From Epithemia pelagica (Eukaryota > Protista > Bacillariophyta), in NCBI GenBank assembly GCA_946965045.2, contig OX337228.1, positions 1,860,001 to 1,924,000 on the forward strand: a DNA stretch of 64,000 nt. Reading direction: 5' to 3'. The position numbers were made by a program, and so were the translations under genes. Positions 63,939-64,000 of the stretch are shown in pieces. The first letter of the stretch is position 1; every line of letters begins with the position of its first letter. The notes beneath the pieces were generated by a model, which searched no databases, was not told where the DNA came from, and was given only the letters and a program-made list of their open reading frames with translations.

Positions 63939-64000
63939 TAGAACTCTCACCGAAAATCATCGGTTAGGTTCGGCACCTCATCGGTTAGTCGAGTCCCGTG
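63930..64000 (+). repeat. Polypurine tract (GGGGAG, 63930-63935) and first 65 nt of the 3' LTR of element B
   Basis: PPT is followed by TAGTAGAACTC; the pol stop codon TAG is the first triplet of the LTR. Confidence 0.7.

Larger units (their letters stand above)
56561..64000 (+). mobile_element. Ty1/copia (CoDi-like) LTR retrotransposon B: partial 5' LTR, PBS, extra ORF, gag-PR-INT-RT-RH, PPT, start of 3' LTR
   Basis: Copia domain order (integrase before RT), diatom-type motifs KARLVADGHLT and PIDWYSKRQSTVETATYGSEFVAAR; runs off the window end. Confidence 0.92.

Overview
Eukaryotic nuclear DNA, most likely a pennate diatom. The basis is short GT-AG introns (81-182 nt), a signal peptide plus Phe plastid-type presequence, a bHLH-PAS factor, CoDi-like Ty1/copia elements and N/Q/T-rich low-complexity proteins; the species cannot be fixed from the sequence. 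Bases 1-53.4 kb are gene-dense, with 16 protein genes: a partial acidic-tail protein, an ankyrin protein, a RlaP/YcgL-like Pol-beta nucleotidyltransferase, RBM28/Nop4, a 1381-aa repeat protein with an unrecognised duplicated 66-aa module, a tail-to-tail pair of paralogous pseudokinases, a SohB-type S49 peptidase, a Lin0512-family protein, a bZIP with an early in-frame TAA, two 7-TM proteins, leishmanolysin, bHLH-PAS, a 2797-aa disordered protein with nine (S/K/R)V-x-(D/E)-x-W motifs and an SH3BGR-like domain, and an ACAP-type ArfGAP. Bases 54.3-64 kb hold two degenerate copia LTR retrotransposons fused head-to-head. The second has apparent TA...TA termini, a primer-binding site matching the tRNA-Asn anticodon arm (half-tRNA priming) and an extra 259-aa ORF upstream of gag; this combination is the most unusual system in the window. 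No rRNA, tRNA or CRISPR was seen. All family calls are motif recognition by eye, not database searches.
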